A DNA stretch of 64,000 nt from a virus (lineage: Duplodnaviria > Caudoviricetes), in IMG/VR virus record IMGVR_UViG_3300031760_000045, positions 5,151 to 69,150 of that record. One strand, 5' to 3'. Positions 50,583 through 60,493 of the stretch are shown here, in pieces. The notes beneath the pieces were generated by a model. It was given only the letters and a program-made list of their open reading frames with translations, was not told the origin of the DNA and did no database searches. Each line of letters begins with the position of its first letter. Position 1 is the stretch's first letter. A program made the position numbers and the translations under genes.

Positions 50583-51664
50583 GCAGCAACCCTCTCAGTC
50601 GCATTCAGTTTGTTCCACTGTGCCGGAGACATGCCCATAATGGAATATCCGACAGATTCCAGAGCCGTAGATCGGTCATACGACCCAACATCCTGTGCAT
50701 AACGAGTCGTGGCATTGGCAAAGCCATACAGAGACAGATCCCCACCGCGAATCAGATAATCCAGAATGCCTTCGCCTTCCTTCTTGGTATAACCGAAGTC
50801 AGACCCGGCGAGCTCGACCATAGCAGGAATATTAGCGGTCGTGATCTTAGCACCCTTTGCTTGGCGCATAAGATCCACCACTTTTTCAAACCTTGCCTGA
50901 TCCACTACGGAACGAACCGTATCCTGAATCTTCAGTTGCAGCGCCATATCATCCGCAAGAAGCGTTTCATTGCTGTAGATTGTATAATCCTCAGCAGCCT
51001 CATTACCGCGACCGACATGATACTTACGAGTCTTTGCATCATTAACCACCATTCCGTTTGAACAGACGAGACGATACACAAGAGGCTGGATTGTCACAGA
51101 GCCCAACCCTACCTCAGAGTTTGTGATCAGAATACCGGATTGAACAATATCCCCAGGCACAACTTCTGTAGTCAGCCGTGGATTTACAACTTTCAGATAC
51201 ATCCGTTCATCTGTTACTTCGCAGGATTCAATAGATGCTTCCGGCATATCCGCAATGATAGGCAGAACCGTCTGAGCAATTTCAAAGTTATCGATCCGAC
51301 GATACTTCTCAGACAGGAACGCCCGTGCTGTTCCATCCAGCGTACGGATCATCCTTGTTTTCGGAGACTTATTAAACCAACTGTTGACATTCATCGCCAG
51401 CAATTCAGGATTGTCATAGCGCATCTTGTCATAATACTTTGCAGGAATACCAAGATTTGTTCCGATCTGATTATGAGCAATTTCATTCACATTGAGAATG
51501 ATGGTCTCTCCAGTGGTGTCATTGCGGATACTAAGCATGGCGTTTGCGTCATTCGCATCCATGATCATGTTCCTTGTGTCCACAAGATAGTCCCGTTTCA
51601 CCTGGTTTCTGCGATAGAGTTCTTTAGCAAGTTCTTCAAGCGTTCTTCCCTGTTTCATTTGCAT
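50579..51664 (-). CDS. DUF932-family protein
   Basis: RAFLSEKYRRIDN, ITNSEVG.GS..I.P..YRLVCSNG. Confidence 0.75.
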   Translation of the reverse strand: MQMKQGRTLEELAKELYRRNQVKRDYLVDTRNMIMDANDANAMLSIRNDTTGETIILNVNEIAHNQIGTNLGIPAKYYDKMRYDNPELLAMNVNSWFNKSPKTRMIRTLDGTARAFLSEKYRRIDNFEIAQTVLPIIADMPEASIESCEVTDERMYLKVVNPRLTTEVVPGDIVQSGILITNSEVGLGSVTIQPLVYRLVCSNGMVVNDAKTRKYHVGRGNEAAEDYTIYSNETLLADDMALQLKIQDTVRSVVDQARFEKVVDLMRQAKGAKITTANIPAMVELAGSDFGYTKKEGEGILDYLIRGGDLSLYGFANATTRYAQDVGSYDRSTALESVGYSIMGMSPAQWNKLNATERVAA

Positions 51665-51948
51665 TATTCCTTTCTTTTACTGAATTAATGTGTCTTCTTC
51701 CTCACAATAGTCTATCTCCAATATCAGATGTATCATTCCACACTGATCGCACAGAAAGTTTACGGCTGCCATATCCAGCCCCGTGTCCTTATGGAATCTG
51801 TATAACAGCTCTCTGATATCTTCAATCGTATACTCAATAGATTCGTCTATCTGAAGACTGGCTGGTAAATTGCCTTCCTCTGCGGCTGATATAGCATTCT
51901 CAACTATTTCGTCATAGTCTTCCCAGATAAAAGAGTTTCTTTTCAAGA

Positions 51949-52824
51949 TCATTCCTCCTTATATCCTTCATATTCATCGTCTTTCTTCTTTTTTGAGCCA
52001 AGCTTTGCCATACCGTTAGGACACACCTTCCTTGCAGAGCACAGCTCAGTGCAGTAAAAGTCCGGCTTCTCCTTGCAGACAAGCCAGTCAAGCACGGTGC
52101 TTTCTTCCATTCCTTCGATCTGTTTTCCGGCCCAGGATAAAGCATCGTTATAAGCATCCAGAGAGAAAAGACGCTGAGGTTTCACACCAGCCTCGTTGAA
52201 CAGATGAAACATAAGACTCGCCGGATATTCCCCGTATTTCAGCTTTACATAAGCTGCATACAGCAATTGCTGACGGTACATCTTGTCTTCATCCTTCTTG
52301 AATGACTGCATGGATTTGGATTTATGGTCACAAATAATAAGATCTCCGGAAAATTTCTCCCGGAGGATCATATCGACGATTCCCACAAAAGGTCTCGTTT
52401 CATCTTTATAAGGAAGATCTATCTTGAATTTCTCTTCAGCGGACAGGACTTCATAACCTTCAAACTCATCAAAGTTAGTCAGGAATTCCACGCCGGACTC
52501 ATAAGCCTTCTTTGCGTATCCCTTTGACGCAAGCATCCTTGGCCACGCCGTTACCACTTCTTCCGGATAGCGACGTTCATACTCAAAGAGCATCTCGTCT
52601 TTAGTTAGCTTCTTTTTTGCCCAGAGGTCCAGAAGATCATGAATCAAAGAGCCTCTTTCAGCAAAGGCGTTATTCGCCTGTTCCTCAATTCCTTCTATCT
52701 TTTGAAGATAAAATCCATATTTACATTCGTCAAACGAACTTAACTGAGAATAAGAATATACGTGATTATCACCCAGTAATCCCAATGGGTTCAGCCTCCT
52801 TTTCAACCGAGCCCATTGTTTCAA
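51949..52824 (-). CDS. PD-(D/E)xK exonuclease (Cas4/RecB-like)
   Basis: SYSQLS.F..C, RGSLIH, FVGIVDMI, ICDHKS, QQLLYA and a C-terminal Cys cluster. Confidence 0.8.
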   Translation of the reverse strand: MKQWARLKRRLNPLGLLGDNHVYSYSQLSSFDECKYGFYLQKIEGIEEQANNAFAERGSLIHDLLDLWAKKKLTKDEMLFEYERRYPEEVVTAWPRMLASKGYAKKAYESGVEFLTNFDEFEGYEVLSAEEKFKIDLPYKDETRPFVGIVDMILREKFSGDLIICDHKSKSMQSFKKDEDKMYRQQLLYAAYVKLKYGEYPASLMFHLFNEAGVKPQRLFSLDAYNDALSWAGKQIEGMEESTVLDWLVCKEKPDFYCTELCSARKVCPNGMAKLGSKKKKDDEYEGYKEE

Positions 52825-53465
52825 TCCGCTCGGCGTTTTATTAAGCTATTTCTTTTGCTTAATGAACAGCCTCTGTGTAGATAAAGCCGTCTTTCTTTTG
52901 CCAGTTTTCATCATATTCTTCGATGTACGTTGTACATTCATGATTATTATTCTGTGCATCCAGCCATCTCATTGCTTCAGCGCAGGTCTGAAATGTCTGG
53001 CTTGATTTGCTGTTCGTAAAATTAATCGTTGCAAGGTATGTCATACGCTTTCCTTCTTTCGAAAACTTCAGTCGCAACAGGAGCCCCGTCACATAAACGC
53101 AGAATATAAATCTTATCGTTGTCAAGGTTGAAGAACTTATTCATCGTTCTTGCAAGCTTTGTATGCCGTGTTTTGTGATGGGAATGGTACCAGATCCAAT
53201 CCTTTATCTCTTCTCCTGTTGCAGACTGTTCAAACGGATCATAATTCATATATCTGAATCAGCGCTCTGATCTTTGCTTAAGCCTTTGTATTTGAGTTCC
53301 CAGCCGGAAGAAGTCATCACCAGTTCTTCGTAGACCGAATCCTGATTCTCTTCCACCCACTTTGAAAAGCGTTCCATACCTTCTTCGGGCGAATCCGCCC
53401 TGACTCTGAAAGTTATCTCCGTTACTTCTCGGACAGAGAAATCGTAAATATTCATTTTTCCTCCC

Positions 53466-55310
53466 TTAGATCGGTTGAGTCTGAGTTCCATCGTCAATAG
53501 CAAACTCTTCAAGCGCCGCTGCCGCATTCTCCGGAACTTCAATTCCCGTATGATCCCAACCATAAACAGTCTTATCTCCGGTGCTCATCTGGAACAAACG
53601 ACGGTTGGTGGGATCATAGCAGGTGTTGATGAAACCCGTAACGCCAAAATCACGATTCTTGGTAACGCGGATACCCTTGGGAGATTTCTCCACATTGAGA
53701 ACCACGTCCGCAAGATTTGTGATTGCACTGCTTCCGCTGACGTCATCAGAAGTAAACGTTGCTCCAGCAGCAGTCTTCCGAGGATGAGCAATACAGATCA
53801 CATGCGCCTTATACTTATTGGCAAAGGCTTTCAACTGAGCGGTGAACTTGGCCTGAGCCTTGTTCTCCTCGTCTGCAGAAACCAAAGCACTCATTAAGTT
53901 GTCGCATACGAAAGTCTTTGTTCCATAGCGACGAGCGCAGGCTTCAAACACCTTCAGAATGGAGTCAGTCTGCTTTTCATCTGTGATAACAGAGTTGTCA
54001 TACAGGAAGAACTTCCCGTCCAGCCACTGTTTGATCCGCTTCTGAATTTCTGCGCTGACACAGCAGATGTTCTTTCCGGATCTTGCGTCGGTTTTGTACT
54101 CAATGTACTTTCGCTCAGTAGCCTGAAGCATAATCCACTCAAGAAACTTATAAGAAGACAGTTCTCCACTATAAACACAGACGGATTCTCCCTGAGAGAT
54201 GGCATTCAAACAAATTGGACCACTTAATGTGGACTTGCCCTCGCCTCTTTTACCGGAAATTATACAAAGACTACCTTCGCTGAAACCACCGATCATGTTA
54301 TCCAGCGCCGGAATTTTCGTAAGCAGCCTCGGAACAGTCGTGGGATCAACGAAGGGAATCTTGGACAGTTCCAGAACGCCCTTAATCGGAGCGGGTTCGC
54401 AGGAAGCTACCAGATTCTTCAGATAATCTGGACCATAAGCCATAAGGATTTCATTGGCATCCTTACAGATACGGTTGAAATCCTTTCCGTTCCATGTGAA
54501 TTCAGGATATTCGCCGGGAATCATGCAACGATCTTCGCCAAGTCTCTTGGACAGAGTGGACACCATTTCCAGACCAGGTTCATCAGAATCTCCGAAGAGA
54601 ATGATCTGATTAAACTTTTCAAGATATTCCCAGCAAAGGTTTACCCACTCCATATTGTTGCAACCGCAAGGAACGGAAACCACATTGGATACACCGGCTT
54701 CATACAGAGCCAGAGCGTCAATTTCGCCTTCAGTAATTACCAGAGGACGGTTGAAATCAGTCATATCCATACCGAAAAGAATTGGTTCCGTGTTGGATTC
54801 CTGCCATTCTTTCGGCCCATCTTTCTTCTCATGACGCTTCGGCTTCCGATGCTTCACGTAAACCAATTCGCCGTCCCGATAGAACGGGAATAAAATGTTT
54901 CCATCTTTATCAGCACCAATCTTCCAATCCAGAAGAGTCTCTTCAGAGATCCGCCGGGTAGCGAAATAGGTTACGATTTCTTCTGTCATGGGATAAAGCA
55001 TATCCGGATCGGGCTTTGTATAAATTTTCTTCTGTTGTTTCGTCACCTTAGGAAGAGAATAGCCGGTGGGAGCTTGTTCTCCGAAGAACTCACAAAGCTG
55101 TCTGAAATTACCCGTTTCCCCACAGCTTCCACGCTTACAGTTATACGCACCATTGTTCAGACCAATGGCAAATGTTTCTCTGTCTGTATCATGACCGCCA
55201 CAGAAAGGGCAGAATTCAGCGATTACCTGACCGTTCTTTACACGAAATTGACCAAGATGTTTTTCCGCCAGTTCGATGACGGCACTAGCCATAGAGTCCA
55301 TATTTTTCAC
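53466..55310 (-). CDS. Primase-helicase (T7 gp4/Twinkle-like)
   Basis: N-terminal Zn-binding CPFC..CKRGSC, TOPRIM EGEIDAL and FGDSD, helicase Walker A GKRGEGKST, HPRK. Confidence 0.88.
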   Translation of the reverse strand: MKNMDSMASAVIELAEKHLGQFRVKNGQVIAEFCPFCGGHDTDRETFAIGLNNGAYNCKRGSCGETGNFRQLCEFFGEQAPTGYSLPKVTKQQKKIYTKPDPDMLYPMTEEIVTYFATRRISEETLLDWKIGADKDGNILFPFYRDGELVYVKHRKPKRHEKKDGPKEWQESNTEPILFGMDMTDFNRPLVITEGEIDALALYEAGVSNVVSVPCGCNNMEWVNLCWEYLEKFNQIILFGDSDEPGLEMVSTLSKRLGEDRCMIPGEYPEFTWNGKDFNRICKDANEILMAYGPDYLKNLVASCEPAPIKGVLELSKIPFVDPTTVPRLLTKIPALDNMIGGFSEGSLCIISGKRGEGKSTLSGPICLNAISQGESVCVYSGELSSYKFLEWIMLQATERKYIEYKTDARSGKNICCVSAEIQKRIKQWLDGKFFLYDNSVITDEKQTDSILKVFEACARRYGTKTFVCDNLMSALVSADEENKAQAKFTAQLKAFANKYKAHVICIAHPRKTAAGATFTSDDVSGSSAITNLADVVLNVEKSPKGIRVTKNRDFGVTGFINTCYDPTNRRLFQMSTGDKTVYGWDHTGIEVPENAAAALEEFAIDDGTQTQPI

Positions 55311-55354
55311 CTTTCTTCATTTTCATTTCTTTTGCAGATAATTTCTTTTACATA

Positions 55355-55538
55355 TGAAGCAAACTAAATACGTAGTATTAAGTAGAAGCGAGCTGTACCT
55401 TGTCTGGTACAGCTCGCTTCAGTGAGGTGCTGCAGGCACGGTCCTGTATAGGACCTGCCAGCAGCACCTCACCAGAAGTTTATCTTTGCGAACTTATTAA
55501 TTACATCAATAAGGCAGTTTCTGCTTTTCTTTGCTTCA
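55355..55538 (-). ncRNA. Retron-like msr-msd cassette C (orphan)
   Basis: 9-bp terminal inverted repeat, G at 55529, two small stem-loops, two long hairpins. Confidence 0.75.
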
Positions 55539-55539
55539 A

Positions 55540-55914
55540 TTAGAATGGAGGCGGATTATCGTCTTCACTTTCTTCAGACTTCTTTTCCGCAGGCTTCGCG
55601 GGCGTCAGCGGAATAACCTCAGTAGCTCTTACACTCAGAGAGAACTTTTCATTCCCATTCTTGTCCTTATAAGGCTGAATGATCTGGTCTCCGTAAACCT
55701 GAACCATAGTTCCTTTCTTAATACGAGGGTAGATAAACTCGCCACTCTTTCCCCAGACGGAAACGTTGTACAGGTCACTGATGTAGTTGTCTCCCTCTTT
55801 CTTCGTGGTGTTTACGGACACAGTGAATGAAACGACGGTCGTTCCTTGCCAGTTCTTCTGTGTCGGGTCTTTAATAAGTCTTCCTGTTAAACCTACTTTT
55901 GCGCAATTGGACAT
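55540..55914 (-). CDS. ssb: Single-stranded DNA-binding protein
   Basis: GRL..DP, SFTVSVN, VSVWGK, KG..V.V.G OB-fold pattern; acidic tail ending PPF. Confidence 0.9.
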   Translation of the reverse strand: MSNCAKVGLTGRLIKDPTQKNWQGTTVVSFTVSVNTTKKEGDNYISDLYNVSVWGKSGEFIYPRIKKGTMVQVYGDQIIQPYKDKNGNEKFSLSVRATEVIPLTPAKPAEKKSEESEDDNPPPF

Positions 55915-56095
55915 ATTTTTCCCACCTTTTCTTTATTGCCTCTTTTTTCTTTATATTTCAGAATGGCTTTGCTTTCTTTTATCATCAAATTTCTTTTAAA
56001 AGAGCCACAAGAAAGCCCCCGGAAGAGGCTCCGGGGGCGCTTTAACACCGACTTTCAGTCAATGCTGATGTCACTGCTTCAGCCGGTGGTTTTGC

Positions 56096-56818
56096 TTAAG
56101 CAGCTTTCTTTGCAAGAGACAGAAGCTCTTCCAGAAGAGCATTCAGCTTATTCATGTCTTTGCAAGTCATGTAGTTCGCCCCACCAATGTGTTTCACAAC
56201 CACGTTCTGGGTGAACTCTTCCTTCTGTTCCTTGGTATATTCCTTTGTTACGAGAGAAATGCCGTTCTGGATTCTCTTGGTGATGGCCTGATAGTCTTCA
56301 GGCGTTGGAGCGAAAGCGGTCTCTTCCGGAATGGAGTACTTCGTCCTGTCCTTGGAATAATAGATATCATGAGAGAATCCAAGACTCTTACAGGCAATGG
56401 ACAGAGCATCCGTATACGCCATTTTCATGGCTTCATCGTTACAGTACGCTCCGCTCCTTTCGTTGGCGACAAACTTATTACCGCCAACGCCGGAGATCGG
56501 ATGAGACTGTTCCTTGGAAACAGGATCGACAACCACAAGTTCCAGCGTACAGAAGACTGCAATCTCTCCGGTGGAACACGGCTCAAATGAATATTTCTCA
56601 TTCTGCGTCCACCAGCCGAAACCGCAAGGTCCGAAGACTTCCGTCAGCCTCTTGATGCGCCACATCGGATTGATATCCGTGTAGCCTTTCAGTCTTCCGG
56701 CTCCGATCTCTTTGCGAGCGCTATCCGGTGTTGTCATGAACTGACTGTAGAATCTGGTGTTTCCTGACTGGGCTTCGGGCGTTTCTTCAGTCGTTTTCTT
56801 TGCAGGCAAACAAATCAT
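56096..56818 (-). CDS. Rad52/Sak-like single-strand annealing protein
   Basis: DINPMWRIKRLTEVFGPCGFGW, KMAYTDALS.ACK.LG...DIY. Confidence 0.75.
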   Translation of the reverse strand: MICLPAKKTTEETPEAQSGNTRFYSQFMTTPDSARKEIGAGRLKGYTDINPMWRIKRLTEVFGPCGFGWWTQNEKYSFEPCSTGEIAVFCTLELVVVDPVSKEQSHPISGVGGNKFVANERSGAYCNDEAMKMAYTDALSIACKSLGFSHDIYYSKDRTKYSIPEETAFAPTPEDYQAITKRIQNGISLVTKEYTKEQKEEFTQNVVVKHIGGANYMTCKDMNKLNALLEELLSLAKKAA

Positions 56819-57345
56819 TCCTTTCTTTTCATCATATCTGTGTTAATCGGAACTACATCAAGACATTCCTTGGACAAAACTTCTTTTAAAGTTAATTTCT
56901 TTTGCTTTTCTTTTATCAATTTCTTGTATCCTCTGTCATGTCTTGACTGTTCAAGCATTTTTAAGTCCGGTATACGCTTTATGTAGTACACCGGACCCAG
57001 CGGGTCGCCATATTGGTTACATTCAAACCAACACAGTGCTCCGCTTGGGTAATAATGTTTTCCCTTAAATGTGTCCTGTGTTCGATAGAGGGACAGATAA
57101 TCTATCATATCTTCATGTCCAACCATGGAAGTCACAAGCACTTTGGGAAGATTGAAGTGTGAAGTACCGTCGAATTGCTTTACAACTCGCCAGCCGGAGC
57201 GTTTTTCAGAAGTCGTTATCGCAGAGCAGAGAACATAAGAAGGCCAGAAACTGCTATTATTTATGTCTCGGTCGAGTACAATGGCAAGCGAGTAATACGA
57301 CGTGACACAATCTCCTTTTGCAGTTCTCTCTTCTCTCTCTGCCAT
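56815..57345 (-). CDS. Hypothetical protein
   Basis: Overlaps the RNAP end and the annealase start; no recognised motif. Confidence 0.5.
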   Translation of the reverse strand: MAEREERTAKGDCVTSYYSLAIVLDRDINNSSFWPSYVLCSAITTSEKRSGWRVVKQFDGTSHFNLPKVLVTSMVGHEDMIDYLSLYRTQDTFKGKHYYPSGALCWFECNQYGDPLGPVYYIKRIPDLKMLEQSRHDRGYKKLIKEKQKKLTLKEVLSKECLDVVPINTDMMKRKE

Positions 57346-60095
57346 GAGCGTTTATGAATCTTTCTGTAAGTCTCCTGACACACTTCACACCGACACTGAG
57401 CCGCATTCTTTCTTTCGCACATGAGTCCGCAATCGATGCATTCATAGAACCCGTTCGTGTTCTTGATGCACTGATGATTCTTCACCCAGGACGGAATTTT
57501 GATTCCGCATTCCTCACAAGTATCACAGCTTGCAAGGTTTGTCCGCAGATTATTCAGTGCAATGGTACCAAACACCCGCCAGAACATTTGCTTATGTACG
57601 GATTTATTCATTCCCTCTCCGGCGAAGAGGTATTTCACGATGTATGGATACGCATACTCAAGAGATCCATATTCGGAAATTATTCTGGAAGCGATATCTT
57701 CCGCTACAAAAGTACTGCCGCTGATAAGCTGTCTTTCCGAATCATATGAGTTCTCCTGCGAACTGATCATCGAAGAAATATCGGCCTTATCCAGATTACA
57801 GAACAGCAGCGGAATCTCCGGATGAGAGGTTGTGCAAGGCTCGCTTAACAGCATCTGCCAATTAAACTGAGGAACCCCGGCGTAATTCAGATTGATATGA
57901 CGGATATCCTCAAATGCCTTGCAAACCCTATTCATCGTAGAATTATTCGGATCAGCATATTTATTCTTATTGTTCTGTTCCGACCGCTGATTCTTTGAGA
58001 ACTGGAACCAATACGGCATACGGCCATTCTTTCCACCAGTAGCTTTGCCAATCTTCTTTGCTACGTTAGGGTAGTTGGTATACTCATGCACAACGCCAGT
58101 CTTTGCGCCATCTATACGCAAGTTATTCAAGTAGGTTAATAGAGCTGCGGAGACTCTGTCAGGCTTTTCTTTATTCCACAGCCGAGTCAACATGTTCGAT
58201 ATCTCACCGATGTTTGAATACTCATGGGCTCTCAGCAGCCCTTTATACAGGGATTCACTGGATATAGGCTCTGCTTTTGCCTTTTCGGCATCATAGAACA
58301 ACGGAACAATGTCGAATTCCTTAACGTTTCTTTCCGCAACCGATACGAACAATGGATCTACCACCACGTTCAACTGATCTCCATCGACATCAAACTGAAG
58401 TATTCTGGAAACCATGCTTTGAACACTAGTATGAATGGCATTCGTATAGAACCAATCGTAGATATTCTGATCGTGTGTGATCCGCTGGATCGAATGCTCC
58501 AGATACAGATGCGGAGATCGCAGGACGTCAGCTTTCTCATGGCGTCTGAAGATTTTGCAGGCTACTTCATCTTTTGCCAGTAAGCCTTTTGGATTTTCTT
58601 CGCCGAGGAACCAGTGCTGACATGCTGCATAGAAATCCGGCAGGACAAACAGCCGTTTGTTCTTGCATCTAATCCGTCCGGACTTTGCGTCTAAGAGCAT
58701 TCGTTTTCGAATGGCTTTCAGACTCTCCCGACTATACGCTTCCCTTAAAAGTTCAGGGTATATTGCCAGCGCAGCTTTATATGGAATCTCTGAATCCGGA
58801 TCAGCATTCAGCGTTCGTAACATGGCATCCATATTCCGAGTCAGATTCGTAATCCGATCATGATCATGCTGTGTAAACTGTCGGATCTCTTCGTCTGTCA
58901 TTAATTGACATGTTTGAATCATTTGATAGGACAAGGTTGTATCTTTGATATAATCTTCTTCATAGTTGGTACGGCAGAACTTACAGTTGTTTTCCTTAAA
59001 GAACTGCTTATACTCTTCCCACGAAGTATACAGCTTATACAGCTTAAACATCGATGTCGTCAGAATGACGTTGATATGTTCCTTCTCCAGATCATGAACC
59101 TTACCCCAGGCATCGGTGATGATTGGCTTAGCGTTATTCATCTTACAGAACCGTATGAAATCAAAACTGCCGAGAAGTCCTTTGATCCAGTCTGCACGAA
59201 CCATAAAGTTCGATTTTGATACTTCCGGTAGCATCATGCCACAGCCGTCCGTATGATCAATCATAACCGTTCTGACACCGATCTCATAAGTATAGTCCGG
59301 CTTGATATACATCATCCGATCTGTGACAGGAGCTTCAAAGTCCTTAATAACGATGCATCTATCAATATCAAAGTCCGTCCATTCCTCCGTTGCAGAAGAG
59401 CAGAGACTTAAATATGCCAGATATTTATTCTGATTCAGACTGCCACGCTCGTTAATCGTCTTCCAGTCCATACCGCATTCAAGCCTCTTATGGACTTTAT
59501 CCCATGCGTTATCCGACATGCACTGGATTTTATCCCGCCGTAGTTGTCCCGCACTGGCAGTGAAGAATCGATAATGTCTGTTTTCAACGCCGTTGCTTGT
59601 AAGAATCGGAATGTAAAATCCATTCATTACTATCTGTCGTAGCATTTCTACATTTTTCCATTTGATCACAACCAGATCCAAGGTGGTATCAAACGGCTTC
59701 AGTTCCAACGCTCTCGACAGTTCACAACAGAACTCCGCAATCTTTTTTGAAGTTTTCAGCTGTTGATACGTAACGCCTTCAGGGAAAGGATAATCAGCGT
59801 CTTTCGGATAATAGAGAACTGAATCAAGCCGCACAGTTCTCGGAATACCACTGTGCGCTTTAATCAGCGTCTCAAGCTGATCCTTCAGAAGTTTCTTCTC
59901 CGAAAGAATTTTTGCACGTTCTTCCTTGGGCGCTTCCTCTTCTTCCATAACATCGAGCTTGTTCTTCAGTTCAATAATGCGGGAATACAGGGCCTGCTCT
60001 TCATGGGTAAATAAATCATAGCCGGACAGGGACACCAGACGAATTTGATCCTTTAGGTAAGTTTTGTCTCCCAACTTGGTCACTCCCCCTTTCAC
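57261..60095 (-). CDS. YonO-like single-subunit (double-psi barrel) RNA polymerase
   Basis: FFTASAGQ.R..K, TDGCG, RSPH and catalytic FDVDGD (DxDGD) motifs; about 940 aa. Confidence 0.85.
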   Translation of the reverse strand: MKGGVTKLGDKTYLKDQIRLVSLSGYDLFTHEEQALYSRIIELKNKLDVMEEEEAPKEERAKILSEKKLLKDQLETLIKAHSGIPRTVRLDSVLYYPKDADYPFPEGVTYQQLKTSKKIAEFCCELSRALELKPFDTTLDLVVIKWKNVEMLRQIVMNGFYIPILTSNGVENRHYRFFTASAGQLRRDKIQCMSDNAWDKVHKRLECGMDWKTINERGSLNQNKYLAYLSLCSSATEEWTDFDIDRCIVIKDFEAPVTDRMMYIKPDYTYEIGVRTVMIDHTDGCGMMLPEVSKSNFMVRADWIKGLLGSFDFIRFCKMNNAKPIITDAWGKVHDLEKEHINVILTTSMFKLYKLYTSWEEYKQFFKENNCKFCRTNYEEDYIKDTTLSYQMIQTCQLMTDEEIRQFTQHDHDRITNLTRNMDAMLRTLNADPDSEIPYKAALAIYPELLREAYSRESLKAIRKRMLLDAKSGRIRCKNKRLFVLPDFYAACQHWFLGEENPKGLLAKDEVACKIFRRHEKADVLRSPHLYLEHSIQRITHDQNIYDWFYTNAIHTSVQSMVSRILQFDVDGDQLNVVVDPLFVSVAERNVKEFDIVPLFYDAEKAKAEPISSESLYKGLLRAHEYSNIGEISNMLTRLWNKEKPDRVSAALLTYLNNLRIDGAKTGVVHEYTNYPNVAKKIGKATGGKNGRMPYWFQFSKNQRSEQNNKNKYADPNNSTMNRVCKAFEDIRHINLNYAGVPQFNWQMLLSEPCTTSHPEIPLLFCNLDKADISSMISSQENSYDSERQLISGSTFVAEDIASRIISEYGSLEYAYPYIVKYLFAGEGMNKSVHKQMFWRVFGTIALNNLRTNLASCDTCEECGIKIPSWVKNHQCIKNTNGFYECIDCGLMCERKNAAQCRCEVCQETYRKIHKRSWQREKRELQKEIVSRRITRLPLYSTET

Positions 60096-60137
60096 TGATA
60101 TGATCCTTTTTTTTCTTTTTCAGAAATCGATAATGAC

Positions 60138-60190
60138 TTTCTCCTTTACGGCGTTTTTCGGATGTCTTCAAAGTTCGGTACCGAACTAAT
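60138..60190 (-). promoter_or_regulatory. 53-bp regulatory motif, copy 2, upstream of the RNAP gene
   Basis: Contains the perfect 16-bp palindrome AGTTCGGTACCGAACT (60172-60187). Confidence 0.7.
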
Positions 60191-60196
60191 TTGCGT

Positions 60197-60232
60197 AAAA
60201 AAATGCTGCGCGGCATATACAACCGCGCAGCA
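60197..60232 (-). terminator. Intrinsic terminator ending the RT/tRNA transcript
   Basis: 10-bp stem TGCTGCGCGG/CCGCGCAGCA followed by U7 on the minus strand. Confidence 0.85.
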
Positions 60233-60493
60233 AGGCCACTAGTCCCACCTCGTGGCCGATGCTCCTCAAAGTTGCCTGCCCCGAATTCTTGTAATGAAAA
60301 GCGACATGCATTACTAGGGTTCAACCCGATTGAGCATACGGACAGTCTCTCTGTTAACCGGTCGCTTCTTGACGAAAGGAGGTGATGAGCTATGTACCGG
60401 CTACATCACATTTAACGTCGGACTGAACGAAACCATGTAAACCGACGGGCTCTAGCCAGTTTTGTTAACAAGTTTCTGTCTATCGATAGGCTG

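Noticed and set aside
51949-52824. CRISPR-associated Cas4 / CRISPR locus
   Set aside because: No cas1, other cas genes or array are present; stand-alone Cas4-like nucleases are common in phage replication modules.
55385-55472. Hairpins as simple intrinsic terminators
   Set aside because: There is no adjacent U-tract on the transcribed strand, and they are nested inside the conserved cassette architecture.
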